Source: Candidatus Thorarchaeota archaeon (GTDB lineage: Archaea; Asgardarchaeota; Thorarchaeia; Thorarchaeales; Thorarchaeaceae). Taken from it: a DNA stretch of 12,773 nt. Of the stretch, positions 1 through 7,604 are shown in pieces. Numbering within the stretch: position 1 is the first letter of the stretch; each line of letters starts with the position of its first letter. The notes under the pieces were generated by a model, which did not search any database, was not told where the DNA came from, and was given only the letters and a program-made list of their open reading frames with translations. Location of the stretch: assembly GCA_016839605.1 (NCBI GenBank), contig JAEOTX010000162.1:1-12773 (forward strand), read 5' to 3'. The translations under genes and the position numbers were made by a program.

Positions 1-2
1 GA

Positions 3-1445
3 GATATCACTGTTGGCAATTGGTTTGACTTTCTGGATAGTACAACAGGATTCGCATTTCCAAATAGAGACCTAGATCCTTTAGTTATACAGGCGAAAGT
101 CACACTGGCAATCAAGGCAAAATCTGCGATACTGGATGCACCTGATGTGAGCTGGCGTGAGAAGGCACGTGTGCTCCTAGCTCTCTCACGAACAGGATGC
201 ATTAGACTGGCAAAGGAGCTATCATTAGCGGTAGGCAAACCAACAATGGTCCCGACAGATGCAGATTCCTCAGTCCTCGGACCGTATCTTTGGGGGACAC
301 TGCAATACTATATTCACAGCAGTGACGTTGGATTCCTTCGAAGCGTATCTCCATTTATTGATGACATGACGAAAAGACTTCTAGAAACAATCGAAGAGCA
401 ACAGATTGTACCTGAACCCCCAGCGATTACTGAAGATTTGACAGAAATCCTAACTCCTGAAGACAAGGAATTTCTTGGAGTAGATGAGATACTTGATGTC
501 ACCAGAGATGCTCTCGGTGAGCCAGCGGATCCTGAACCTCAAGTTCCAGAAGTTATTGAGCCATGGCAACTTACTGATCTCTCTGATGCCCTCTGGATGC
601 TATCTGCACTTGTACTTGTTAGTAATGCATACGACACTCTAGGAAATAAGGAGAGATTCGACTCTATCAGTGAAGCAGTTGTGCAATACATGTCGTTCGT
701 ATCAGAGAATGCAGAGCGACTAGCTGCTGAGAAGGATGTGCTTGCATCTGCGAAGGGGCAGACGGATGCGTTATCTTTGCTCGATGCGATTGTTCTCCTA
801 GGAGGCGACCTTATTTCGAGTGACTTTGTTGAGGCTATAGTTGCCTCAGTAAATAGCTTGGTCACCAAGCACTTAGTGAGACTGCCTGATCCAGAAGGAA
901 AGGTGTCTAGTCATTTAGGACTCAGACTTGCTCACTATCATGTCCTCAGGAAGGATGAGTTTGTTACTCTACAAATCCTGGAGCGAATGATGGAATTCGT
1001 TTCAGAGTTTTACACAATCCCGGAATTCGTGAACCCCCGAACATCCGGTGGTAGTCATGGTGATGGTTGTAGTCTTATGGCTGCTGTAGATCTCCTGTTA
1101 CTCGTACGAGAGATGATCCTGTCTGAAGATGGTGAGGATCTAATCATTCTTCCTGCTATCTCAGATGAGTGGTATACGTCTTCAATTCCATTGACGGTGA
1201 AATCACTCCCGACGAGTCATGGCGAGGTGAATATTGGAGTCGGAGTTTCAACCAATCAGCATCAGATTGAAGTTCGGATGAAGAATCTCCCAAGAGAGCT
1301 GATCATACACGTTCCTACTCACTTTGCATTGCCCATGATGAAGGCGTTTGGTGGCGGAATTGTAGACCGAGCAAAGGACCCCGACTCCCCATACATCAGG
1401 ATTATGCCACTCTCCACCAATATAGTCGCGACAGTCCATCGGTAA
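3..1445 (+). CDS. Six-hairpin (alpha/alpha)6 glycosidase-like protein, C-terminal part (5'-truncated by the window edge), possibly catalytically degenerate
   Basis: The frame of the 147..1445 ORF is open back to position 3 (DITVGNWFDFLDSTTGFAFPNRDLDPLVIQAK...), so the GTG at 147 is probably not the true start. A helical body is followed by PEFVNPRTSGGSHGDG...LLLLVREMILSEDGEDLIILPAISDEWY...VKSLPTSHGEVNI. This is the last-helix plus beta-sandwich tail typical of GH65/GH78/GH95-like six-hairpin proteins. The exact family cannot be assigned by eye. Confidence 0.6.
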   Translation, partial: DITVGNWFDFLDSTTGFAFPNRDLDPLVIQAKVTLAIKAKSAILDAPDVSWREKARVLLALSRTGCIRLAKELSLAVGKPTMVPTDADSSVLGPYLWGTLQYYIHSSDVGFLRSVSPFIDDMTKRLLETIEEQQIVPEPPAITEDLTEILTPEDKEFLGVDEILDVTRDALGEPADPEPQVPEVIEPWQLTDLSDALWMLSALVLVSNAYDTLGNKERFDSISEAVVQYMSFVSENAERLAAEKDVLASAKGQTDALSLLDAIVLLGGDLISSDFVEAIVASVNSLVTKHLVRLPDPEGKVSSHLGLRLAHYHVLRKDEFVTLQILERMMEFVSEFYTIPEFVNPRTSGGSHGDGCSLMAAVDLLLLVREMILSEDGEDLIILPAISDEWYTSSIPLTVKSLPTSHGEVNIGVGVSTNQHQIEVRMKNLPRELIIHVPTHFALPMMKAFGGGIVDRAKDPDSPYIRIMPLSTNIVATVHR

Positions 1446-1499
1446 TATACAGTGCCCCTGGGGGGAATGACTTAACTGCGGGAAGGGGTTGCCACCACA

Positions 1500-3104
1500 A
1501 TGGTGACAGCCACCTTGAGTGATATACGCAAGTGTGATTTTCTCGTGATTGGTACAGGAATCTCTGGCCTGTTGTTCTCTCTCAAAGCGTCAAAACATGG
1601 TAGAGTGCATCTGCTGACCAAAGCAGCCCTGGCTGATAGTGCGACAAGTAAGGCACAAGGTGGAATTGCTGCAGTCATCTCAGAGGAGGACTCTCTAGAT
1701 TCGCATATCGAGGACACAATCCGTGTGGGTGCAGGTCTCTGCCATCGAGATGTAGCTGAGAATATTATACGTCAAGGACCCGCGATTGTAAAGGAACTGG
1801 TGGAGTTCGGAGTCGCTTTCTGTGAAGATGATAAATGCGATAAGTTCGACTTAGGAATGGAGGGTGGGCACAGTCATAGAAGGGTCCTGCATGTGAAGGA
1901 CCACACAGGTGCAGACATTGAGAATGCGCTCATAGCCAAGGTCCAAAAGGAATCCAATATCGAGATTTTCGAACACCATATGGCTGTCAACCTCTTCACT
2001 CAGAACGCGAGGGTCATGGGTGCCTATGTTCTTGACCTCAATACCGGAGAGATTGACCGTTTTATTTCCAAGATTACAGTTCTTGCCACTGGGGGTGCAG
2101 GAAGGGTCTTTCTTTACACGAGCAATCCTGACATCTCTACAGGTGATGGCATTGCGATGGCCTATCGTGCAGGGGCCTCGATCACTAATCTAGAGTTCAT
2201 CCAATTTCATCCAACAATCTTGTTTCACCCCAAAATCCGCTCATTCCTCATCTCAGAGGCACTGAGAGGAGAGGGCGCGGTGCTCCTTGGTCCTGATGGA
2301 GAACGATTCATGGACAAGTATCACAAAGATGCAGAACTAGCCCCTCGTGACATTGTGGCCAGAGCAATTGACAATGAACTGAAGCAGACCGGTGCTGACA
2401 ATGTCTTCTTGGACATATCCTCCAAAGATGCAGATTTTGTTCGGGACCGATTCCCTGCTATCTATGAGACCTGTCTTCGGGCAGGCATCGATATCACGAA
2501 GGAACCGATTCCTGTGGTACCCGCAGTGCATTACGTCTGTGGTGGTGTCAAGGCGGACATCAATGGTCGGACTGATGTCGCTGGCCTCTATGCAATCGGA
2601 GAGACTTCAGGTACAGGCTTCCATGGCGGGAACCGGCTCGCTTCCAACTCACTCTTAGAAGGTGCAGTCTTAGCACATAACGCCTCCATAGATGTCGCAG
2701 AAGCGATTAAGCAGCCAATAGAGGTGGTAGAGATGCCTCCCTGGGACCCTGGCGAAGCAACTGACCCTGATGAGCATGTTGTCATCTCCCATCTTTGGGA
2801 TGAGGTTCGCAGGCTAATGGTCAACTACGTTGGCATCGTGAGGACAAACAAGAGGCTCATCCGTGCTCGAAACAGGATCGGGTTTATCGCCAAGGAGATC
2901 GAGCAATTCTACTGGGACTTTGTTATCACTCCAGATCTTGTGGAGCTACGTAATATCGCCACTGTTGCAGAACTGATTATCAAGATGGCTCGGATGCGGA
3001 AGGAGAGTCGGGGGGCTCATTTCAACAGGGACTATCCAGATCGGCTCGAAACACCAGTTGACACAGTGATTAAGAAGGGTCTACTTCCCATCAATGACAA
3101 TTAG
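1500..3104 (+). CDS. nadB: L-aspartate oxidase
   Basis: FAD-binding DFLVIGTGISGL, plus AQGGIAA, EGGHSHRRVLH, EFIQFHPT, LISEALRGEG, ELAPRDIVARAI, HYVCGG, HGGNRLASNSLLEG and C-terminal RKESRGAHFNRDYP. It lacks the covalent-FAD His motif of SdhA/FrdA. Length 534 aa. Confidence 0.93.
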   Translation: MVTATLSDIRKCDFLVIGTGISGLLFSLKASKHGRVHLLTKAALADSATSKAQGGIAAVISEEDSLDSHIEDTIRVGAGLCHRDVAENIIRQGPAIVKELVEFGVAFCEDDKCDKFDLGMEGGHSHRRVLHVKDHTGADIENALIAKVQKESNIEIFEHHMAVNLFTQNARVMGAYVLDLNTGEIDRFISKITVLATGGAGRVFLYTSNPDISTGDGIAMAYRAGASITNLEFIQFHPTILFHPKIRSFLISEALRGEGAVLLGPDGERFMDKYHKDAELAPRDIVARAIDNELKQTGADNVFLDISSKDADFVRDRFPAIYETCLRAGIDITKEPIPVVPAVHYVCGGVKADINGRTDVAGLYAIGETSGTGFHGGNRLASNSLLEGAVLAHNASIDVAEAIKQPIEVVEMPPWDPGEATDPDEHVVISHLWDEVRRLMVNYVGIVRTNKRLIRARNRIGFIAKEIEQFYWDFVITPDLVELRNIATVAELIIKMARMRKESRGAHFNRDYPDRLETPVDTVIKKGLLPINDN

Positions 3105-3117
3105 AGGAGCTTCACAA

Positions 3118-3633
3118 ATGAGCAGAAGGGCACACGCTCAGTCATTCATGCTGCCAATTGCTGTCACAATCCTGATGCCTCTTCTCATCCTGCTTCTCAC
3201 TAGTTGGATGCCCGGATGGCTGCTGATATTTCCACTCAACTATCTTGCAGTTGTTCTCTCCATTCTTTCTATAGTTGGGGGGCTGTATCTTCTTGCATCC
3301 ACTATCAGAATGTTTGATAGAATCGGACAAGGCACTCTTGCACCTTGGACTCCCGCTCAGAAGCTAGTTGTTCATGGAATCTATCGTTATGTGAGGAATC
3401 CAATGATAATAGGAGTTCTCTTGATACTTCTTGGAGAATCCATCTTTTTCGGTTCTATCTGGCTGTATCTGTGGTTCCTGTTTTTCCTTATTGGGAACCA
3501 TTTCTATTTCATCAAGTCTGAGGAGCCAGGTCTTGTGAAAAGATTCGGCGACGGGTATGTACGATATGCTGAGAACGTTCCTCGGTGGATTCCACGTAGG
3601 ACTCCATGGGACGGCTCTTCAGACAGTGCTTGA
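3118..3633 (+). CDS. Isoprenylcysteine carboxyl methyltransferase / phospholipid methyltransferase (ICMT/PEMT) family membrane protein
   Basis: Hydrophobic TM segments plus GTLAPW...LVVHGIYRYVRNPMIIG and EEPGLVKRFGDGYVRYAENVPRWIPR. I prefer the ATG at 3118 over 3094 because AGGAG (3105-3109) lies 8 nt upstream of it. Confidence 0.88.
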   Translation: MSRRAHAQSFMLPIAVTILMPLLILLLTSWMPGWLLIFPLNYLAVVLSILSIVGGLYLLASTIRMFDRIGQGTLAPWTPAQKLVVHGIYRYVRNPMIIGVLLILLGESIFFGSIWLYLWFLFFLIGNHFYFIKSEEPGLVKRFGDGYVRYAENVPRWIPRRTPWDGSSDSA

Positions 3634-3656
3634 ACTCCTCGTGCAAAACCTGATGC

Positions 3657-3664
3657 TTTTATCA
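3657..3664 (+). promoter_or_regulatory. Possible TATA-like box for the Ldh_2-family gene
   Basis: TTTTATCA in the 75-bp intergenic gap, about 45 nt upstream of ATG 3709. Weak match. Confidence 0.3.
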
Positions 3665-3708
3665 TAGAAACATCCGGTATCGCCTATCAGCTCTAGGGCG
3701 AATCCACA

Positions 3709-4806
3709 ATGAGTGAGAGGTTAATTCACTGGAAGAATCTGTACAGCTTTGTTAAGCGAGTAATGATGAAGTGCGGCGTGCCTGAAGAGAGCGCACATCA
3801 CGTAGCCGACAATCTTGTTGTTTCGAATCTGAGAGGCATCGACTCCCATGGAGTGGGCCGTGTGAAGAGGTATGTTGGAGGAATCAAGGATGGATACATC
3901 ATACCTGATATTGCTCCAGAGGTTGTGAAGGAGAACAGCGTTCTCGCCAATGTAGATGCTAGAAACGGAGTGGGACAGAATGCTGGTATGTTTGGGATGA
4001 ATCTGGCCATTGAGAATGGGCGTAAGGAAGGGATTGGACTCGTCACTGTCTTCAACTCGAACCACTATGGCTTTGCAGGCTACTATGCCATGAAGGCTCT
4101 TGAGCACGACCTAATCGGAATATCACTCACCAACTCAGAGCCCCTCGTCGTTCCTACCTTTGCCAAGGATGCAATTCTGGGTACAAACCCAATCTCCATC
4201 GCAGTTCCTGGCTCGCGAAACCGTCCCTGGGTGATGGACCTTGCAACAAGTGTTGTCCCCCGAGGAAAGCTCGAGGTCTATGACCGACTTGGGCAGAAGA
4301 CCCCTCTGGGGTGGGCCACTGATGAGAGAGGGATCAGTACCGAAGACCCGGCTAAGGTTCTGAACAATGTCTTGCACGGCTATGGAGGAGGCATTCTGCC
4401 CTTAGGCGGTGAGGGTGAACTACATGGAGGGCACAAGGGCTACGGGCTCTCAATGATGGTAGATGTGCTGAGTGGTGTTCTATCTGGCTCCAATTTTGGA
4501 CCTGACGTTATATTCAGAAAAGAAGGGGCTGTGAATCACCCCAGGGTTGGTCATTTCTTCATGGTTCTCGATCCCGCGTTCTTCATGGGCATTGATGCGT
4601 TCAAGAAGAGGATGGATGACTATATTGACCTTCTCTATAAGTGTGACAAGGCTGAGAACTGCCCTCGGATATACGTTCACGGAGAGAAGGAGTTTGAGAT
4701 GCACGATAAGCGGGCCAAGGATGGTGTACCTTTAGACGCAAAGACAGTGGAGAGTCTCACAGGCTTTGCTGATGAGTACGATGAAGAGATCGAGTTCATG
4801 GATTGA
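3709..4806 (+). CDS. Type-2 malate/L-lactate dehydrogenase family oxidoreductase (Ldh_2; ComC/AllD/YbiC-like), substrate unknown
   Basis: Motifs RGIDSHG, NSNHYGFAGYY, GTNPISIA, DLATSVVPRGK, GGHKGYGL, GHFFMVLDP. Length 365 aa. Confidence 0.9.
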   Translation: MSERLIHWKNLYSFVKRVMMKCGVPEESAHHVADNLVVSNLRGIDSHGVGRVKRYVGGIKDGYIIPDIAPEVVKENSVLANVDARNGVGQNAGMFGMNLAIENGRKEGIGLVTVFNSNHYGFAGYYAMKALEHDLIGISLTNSEPLVVPTFAKDAILGTNPISIAVPGSRNRPWVMDLATSVVPRGKLEVYDRLGQKTPLGWATDERGISTEDPAKVLNNVLHGYGGGILPLGGEGELHGGHKGYGLSMMVDVLSGVLSGSNFGPDVIFRKEGAVNHPRVGHFFMVLDPAFFMGIDAFKKRMDDYIDLLYKCDKAENCPRIYVHGEKEFEMHDKRAKDGVPLDAKTVESLTGFADEYDEEIEFMD

Positions 4807-5605
4807 CAGGAATTGGCTTGACTAGAGGTGCATTTCTGAATCTATTGTTGTAGGGGTTTCGAGGCCCCCTCGGCGACCTGCTGTCACCCCACCTTCCCTC
4901 ATAGTCGACGAAGTTCGTGTCATCGATGGACTTCAGAACTGGTTCTGTGTGCCAGACCTCTCCCCCATCTGCGGTGGTATCTCTCCAGAACAGGGCAATC
5001 CTCCTCTTCGGGCCATCAGGTGAGGGGAAGATTGCATGAGACCCCAGCGCTACCCACACGTGGACATGGTCGTCAGTGAGGATGATCGGCTCCGGGGTGA
5101 ACCCGGGAAGTGTATAGACCCCCGGATATGACACAAGCAAGGCATCAAGGTGGTTCGAGAGCAGCCAGATAGTACCCGGGGTCTTCGACGCAGGTAGATA
5201 GTGTCTGACCTCCACATGCTCCCAGTCTCCCTTGTGTTTTCCCCGTCTGGCAGGGGCTCCCGGGAAGTCGTTGTATCGATACCAGAACCAGTACTTAATC
5301 TGGAACATGTTCTCATCGTGCCAGTATTCATAGTAGCAGGGGGCATCGCTCTGGAACATCTTGGGAGTCATATCTTCCTTGAATTGGGTCCAATCAGAAC
5401 TAAACTTGGAGAATGTCTCCTCTGCGTCAGAGGGATAACAACAATGCTCTCCCTCTCTAGGGTGGAAATGAAGAATCGGTGCGTAGGCTTGAATGAATGC
5501 CTCAGGATCCGCAGAAGGGTCGAGCATAGCACCTCGGTTGTTGGAATTGTTCCTTATGGTTGTGTCGTCAAAACGAAGAGTGCTATCTCTCAAGCTCACT
5601 GACAT
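4796..5605 (-). CDS. Vps62-like protein (NPP1/Vps62-related fold); start may instead be the ATG at 5527
   Basis: Ordered Vps62-type motifs: YAPILHFHPRE..YPSD, IKYWFWYRYND, GKHKGDWEHVEVR, VWVALGSHAIFP, DTTADGGEVW, YEGRWGD..PRGP. The alternative ATG at 5527 (MLDPS) follows GAGGTG at short spacing. No signal peptide or TM segment is visible. Confidence 0.75.
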   Translation of the reverse strand: MSVSLRDSTLRFDDTTIRNNSNNRGAMLDPSADPEAFIQAYAPILHFHPREGEHCCYPSDAEETFSKFSSDWTQFKEDMTPKMFQSDAPCYYEYWHDENMFQIKYWFWYRYNDFPGAPARRGKHKGDWEHVEVRHYLPASKTPGTIWLLSNHLDALLVSYPGVYTLPGFTPEPIILTDDHVHVWVALGSHAIFPSPDGPKRRIALFWRDTTADGGEVWHTEPVLKSIDDTNFVDYEGRWGDSRSPRGPRNPYNNRFRNAPLVKPIPVNP

Positions 5606-6644
5606 AGCGGTCCATGAACATCTTTACCCATCGGTAGAAGTCTCCAAACATCTCCCTGACCTTGGGTAAATCTACCCTGTCCCGCAGGATTATATCCACA
5701 ACTGCCTTTCTCAAGAATGGGTAGTAGTGAGGTAGTGGAAAAACGTTCTTGGGGAACACCCGGTGATTGGTGAGGAAGATGTTGATTCGCTCTACCCAAC
5801 GGGCATTGATGACATCTTCAGAGTAGCTACTAGGGTCTTCAACACTAAGTGAGTCTAGCTCGGAAAGAATAGGCGAGAAAATCTCTCGCTGGACCTGGTC
5901 AAATGTGAAACCTTGAGCCTTGGATGTCTTGTCCTCAGCGATTCTTCGGTAGAGGTCTGCCAGGTCATCTGAACCCGGGACCGAATACATCGCCCTCTGA
6001 AAACGAATGAGCCTGGACATTTCAGATGCGAGCCTTCTCTCTTTCTCAAGAACCGTGAACACATGGATGAAGTTGGTACTGTCCCATGAGTCTGCTTCAA
6101 ACCAGTCCTTGTAGTTCAAGATGGTATTGCGATAGTCCTTGGGCATTCGCAGCTCATGCGGGCTAGTGATACTCCAGATATTGAAGAACACAAATGGCGG
6201 GTAGTCCATGGCTAACTTCTCTGTGATTCGATAGCTAGGGAAGCAGTAGTTCCCGTCCAATACTATCAAGTCTGGGTTGAACACGCCCTTTCCCTTCTGT
6301 GAAGCAAACTGTGTAGTTGATTTAGTTATCATCTCAACAGCTTGAGAGGGTGTCAGTGGCTGGAATGCTCGTGAGCGGACAAGATGCAGATTTTCTGCTA
6401 ACGGAAGATAGTACGCCGTTCCGGTCTTCTCAAGGCTGAATGCGGTCTCAAAGCCGCCTCCGTTTCCTATAGTAAGATGCTGCATTGCTTGGAACAGGTC
6501 CTGATTTGTATGATTGATGTCGATGACGAGGACCTTCAATGGTGGGTCTTGTGATAGTCCCCAAACAGCGAGGTTCAGGGAGATTGGAGTCTTTCCACTA
6601 CCTCCCTTGTTGCTGGTGACGATCACAGTCAATGGCTTCTTCAT
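5583..6644 (-). CDS. Divergent MinD/ParA-family (SIMIBI) P-loop ATPase with an unrecognised C-terminal region
   Basis: Deviant Walker A SNKGGSGKT with the signature Lys, then ISLNLAVW, KVLVIDINHTNQDL (A'/switch I) and PDLIVLDGN (Walker B). The ATG at 6644 overlaps the upstream TGA (ATGA) and has GGGTGG upstream, so I prefer it to the GTG at 6656. Confidence 0.75.
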   Translation of the reverse strand: MKKPLTVIVTSNKGGSGKTPISLNLAVWGLSQDPPLKVLVIDINHTNQDLFQAMQHLTIGNGGGFETAFSLEKTGTAYYLPLAENLHLVRSRAFQPLTPSQAVEMITKSTTQFASQKGKGVFNPDLIVLDGNYCFPSYRITEKLAMDYPPFVFFNIWSITSPHELRMPKDYRNTILNYKDWFEADSWDSTNFIHVFTVLEKERRLASEMSRLIRFQRAMYSVPGSDDLADLYRRIAEDKTSKAQGFTFDQVQREIFSPILSELDSLSVEDPSSYSEDVINARWVERINIFLTNHRVFPKNVFPLPHYYPFLRKAVVDIILRDRVDLPKVREMFGDFYRWVKMFMDRYVSELER

Positions 6645-7570
6645 GATAGTATCCACCCTATTATGTACTCAAGTACAGTGCCCCATCCTATGTACAGAAC
6701 GACATCAGTGATGATCTGAATTATTACGACTCCGAGGAATGTTGTAAGGAGCTTCTTGATGATACCTCTAGGTGATGCAATTCGTGAAAGGTCGCTCTTG
6801 GACCTCTCAAGCAATCGTATATCTGACTTCATGTCTCTCGTTGCATCCTCTAGCTTTGCCCTCACATAACCAGGGTCTCTTGAGAGGAGTGCCTCTTCAA
6901 CCAGAATCATCTCGTTTCTCCATCTGGTCATATACTCAGTCAGTGAGCCAGCGATTCGGGTTCTATTGGCTTCGACCATTGTTTCATAGCGGCCTATCTC
7001 ATAGACTACTACCTTGATCACACTGGCAAGGACTACGAATGTTCCAAAACTCAATGCGCTGCTGATGAAGAAGCCGATGTTGAGGGCTGGGCTGTCGGGG
7101 AAGAACTCCTGAAGGATTGAGAAACCCGCCAGTCCACTCAGTTTGTAGACGGCAATGAAGAAGAGTAACCTGATTGTGAGGGAAAGTCTGGAGAGGCTTA
7201 GCCTCCACCAGGAGACCGTTGGAGTACCCCCTGCACTGAATGATTTGTGGATGAACACAGAGAAAATGATCCCTCCAGTGTTCAGGATGAACATGAGTGA
7301 CATGAGAAGCAGGCCAAGACCAAAAGCCACTCGAACCCATCCCGTCACTCCCATGACACCATCGGCGACTGCCTCCAGTGCACTTTGAAGGGCAATAAAG
7401 TCCCAGTCTACGAATGCTTGCTCTATCTGCTGCATAAGCTCATTGTGTGTGAGAAGATATCCAAAGAAGAAGACTCCATAGAGGGCGATTGCGACTATAG
7501 ACCCAACATTGACTGACATGAACAGATTTTCAATACGGCTGTCGTGCGCGGTCCTATGGGTCGTATCCAT
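6641..7570 (-). CDS. Uncharacterised multi-pass membrane protein (about 4 TM, a ~78-aa soluble helical region, then a C-terminal TM region)
   Basis: 309-aa ORF with hydrophobic stretches at about aa 21-41, 81-107, 130-153, 163-190 and 274-308, and a charged helical segment at aa 191-268. It has a 4-nt stop/start overlap with the ATPase gene. Confidence 0.75.
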   Translation of the reverse strand: MDTTHRTAHDSRIENLFMSVNVGSIVAIALYGVFFFGYLLTHNELMQQIEQAFVDWDFIALQSALEAVADGVMGVTGWVRVAFGLGLLLMSLMFILNTGGIIFSVFIHKSFSAGGTPTVSWWRLSLSRLSLTIRLLFFIAVYKLSGLAGFSILQEFFPDSPALNIGFFISSALSFGTFVVLASVIKVVVYEIGRYETMVEANRTRIAGSLTEYMTRWRNEMILVEEALLSRDPGYVRAKLEDATRDMKSDIRLLERSKSDLSRIASPRGIIKKLLTTFLGVVIIQIITDVVLYIGWGTVLEYIIGWILS

Positions 7571-7604
7571 TCCCTATACCCCGTGGCGTGCGGCTGGTAA
7601 AAGA

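Noticed and set aside
1445-1454. ATATACAGTG occurs after the first gene and again on the - strand at 7666-7657
   Set aside because: A single shared 10-mer is expected by chance in a window this size, and its position relative to start codons is not consistent.
1455-1465. CCCCTGGGGGG mini-palindrome upstream of nadB
   Set aside because: The stem is too short, the loop is too small and there is no U-tract, so it is not supportable as a terminator.
1500-3104. Alternative call as SdhA/FrdA flavoprotein
   Set aside because: It lacks the covalent-FAD histidine motif, has NadB-type EGGHS..R..H and LASNSLLE motifs, and has no Fe-S or anchor subunit genes adjacent.
5583-6644. ATPase as plasmid/prophage ParA, Mrp/Nbp35 or ArsA/Get3
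   Set aside because: No ParB, replication, integrase or phage genes are nearby. There is no Mrp CxxC or ENMS motif and no ArsA STDPAH or DTAPTGH motif.
6767-7000. Helical segment before the C-terminal TM as a SNARE motif
   Set aside because: The helix is broken by a DPG turn, the continuous heptad run is too short, and the protein is polytopic.
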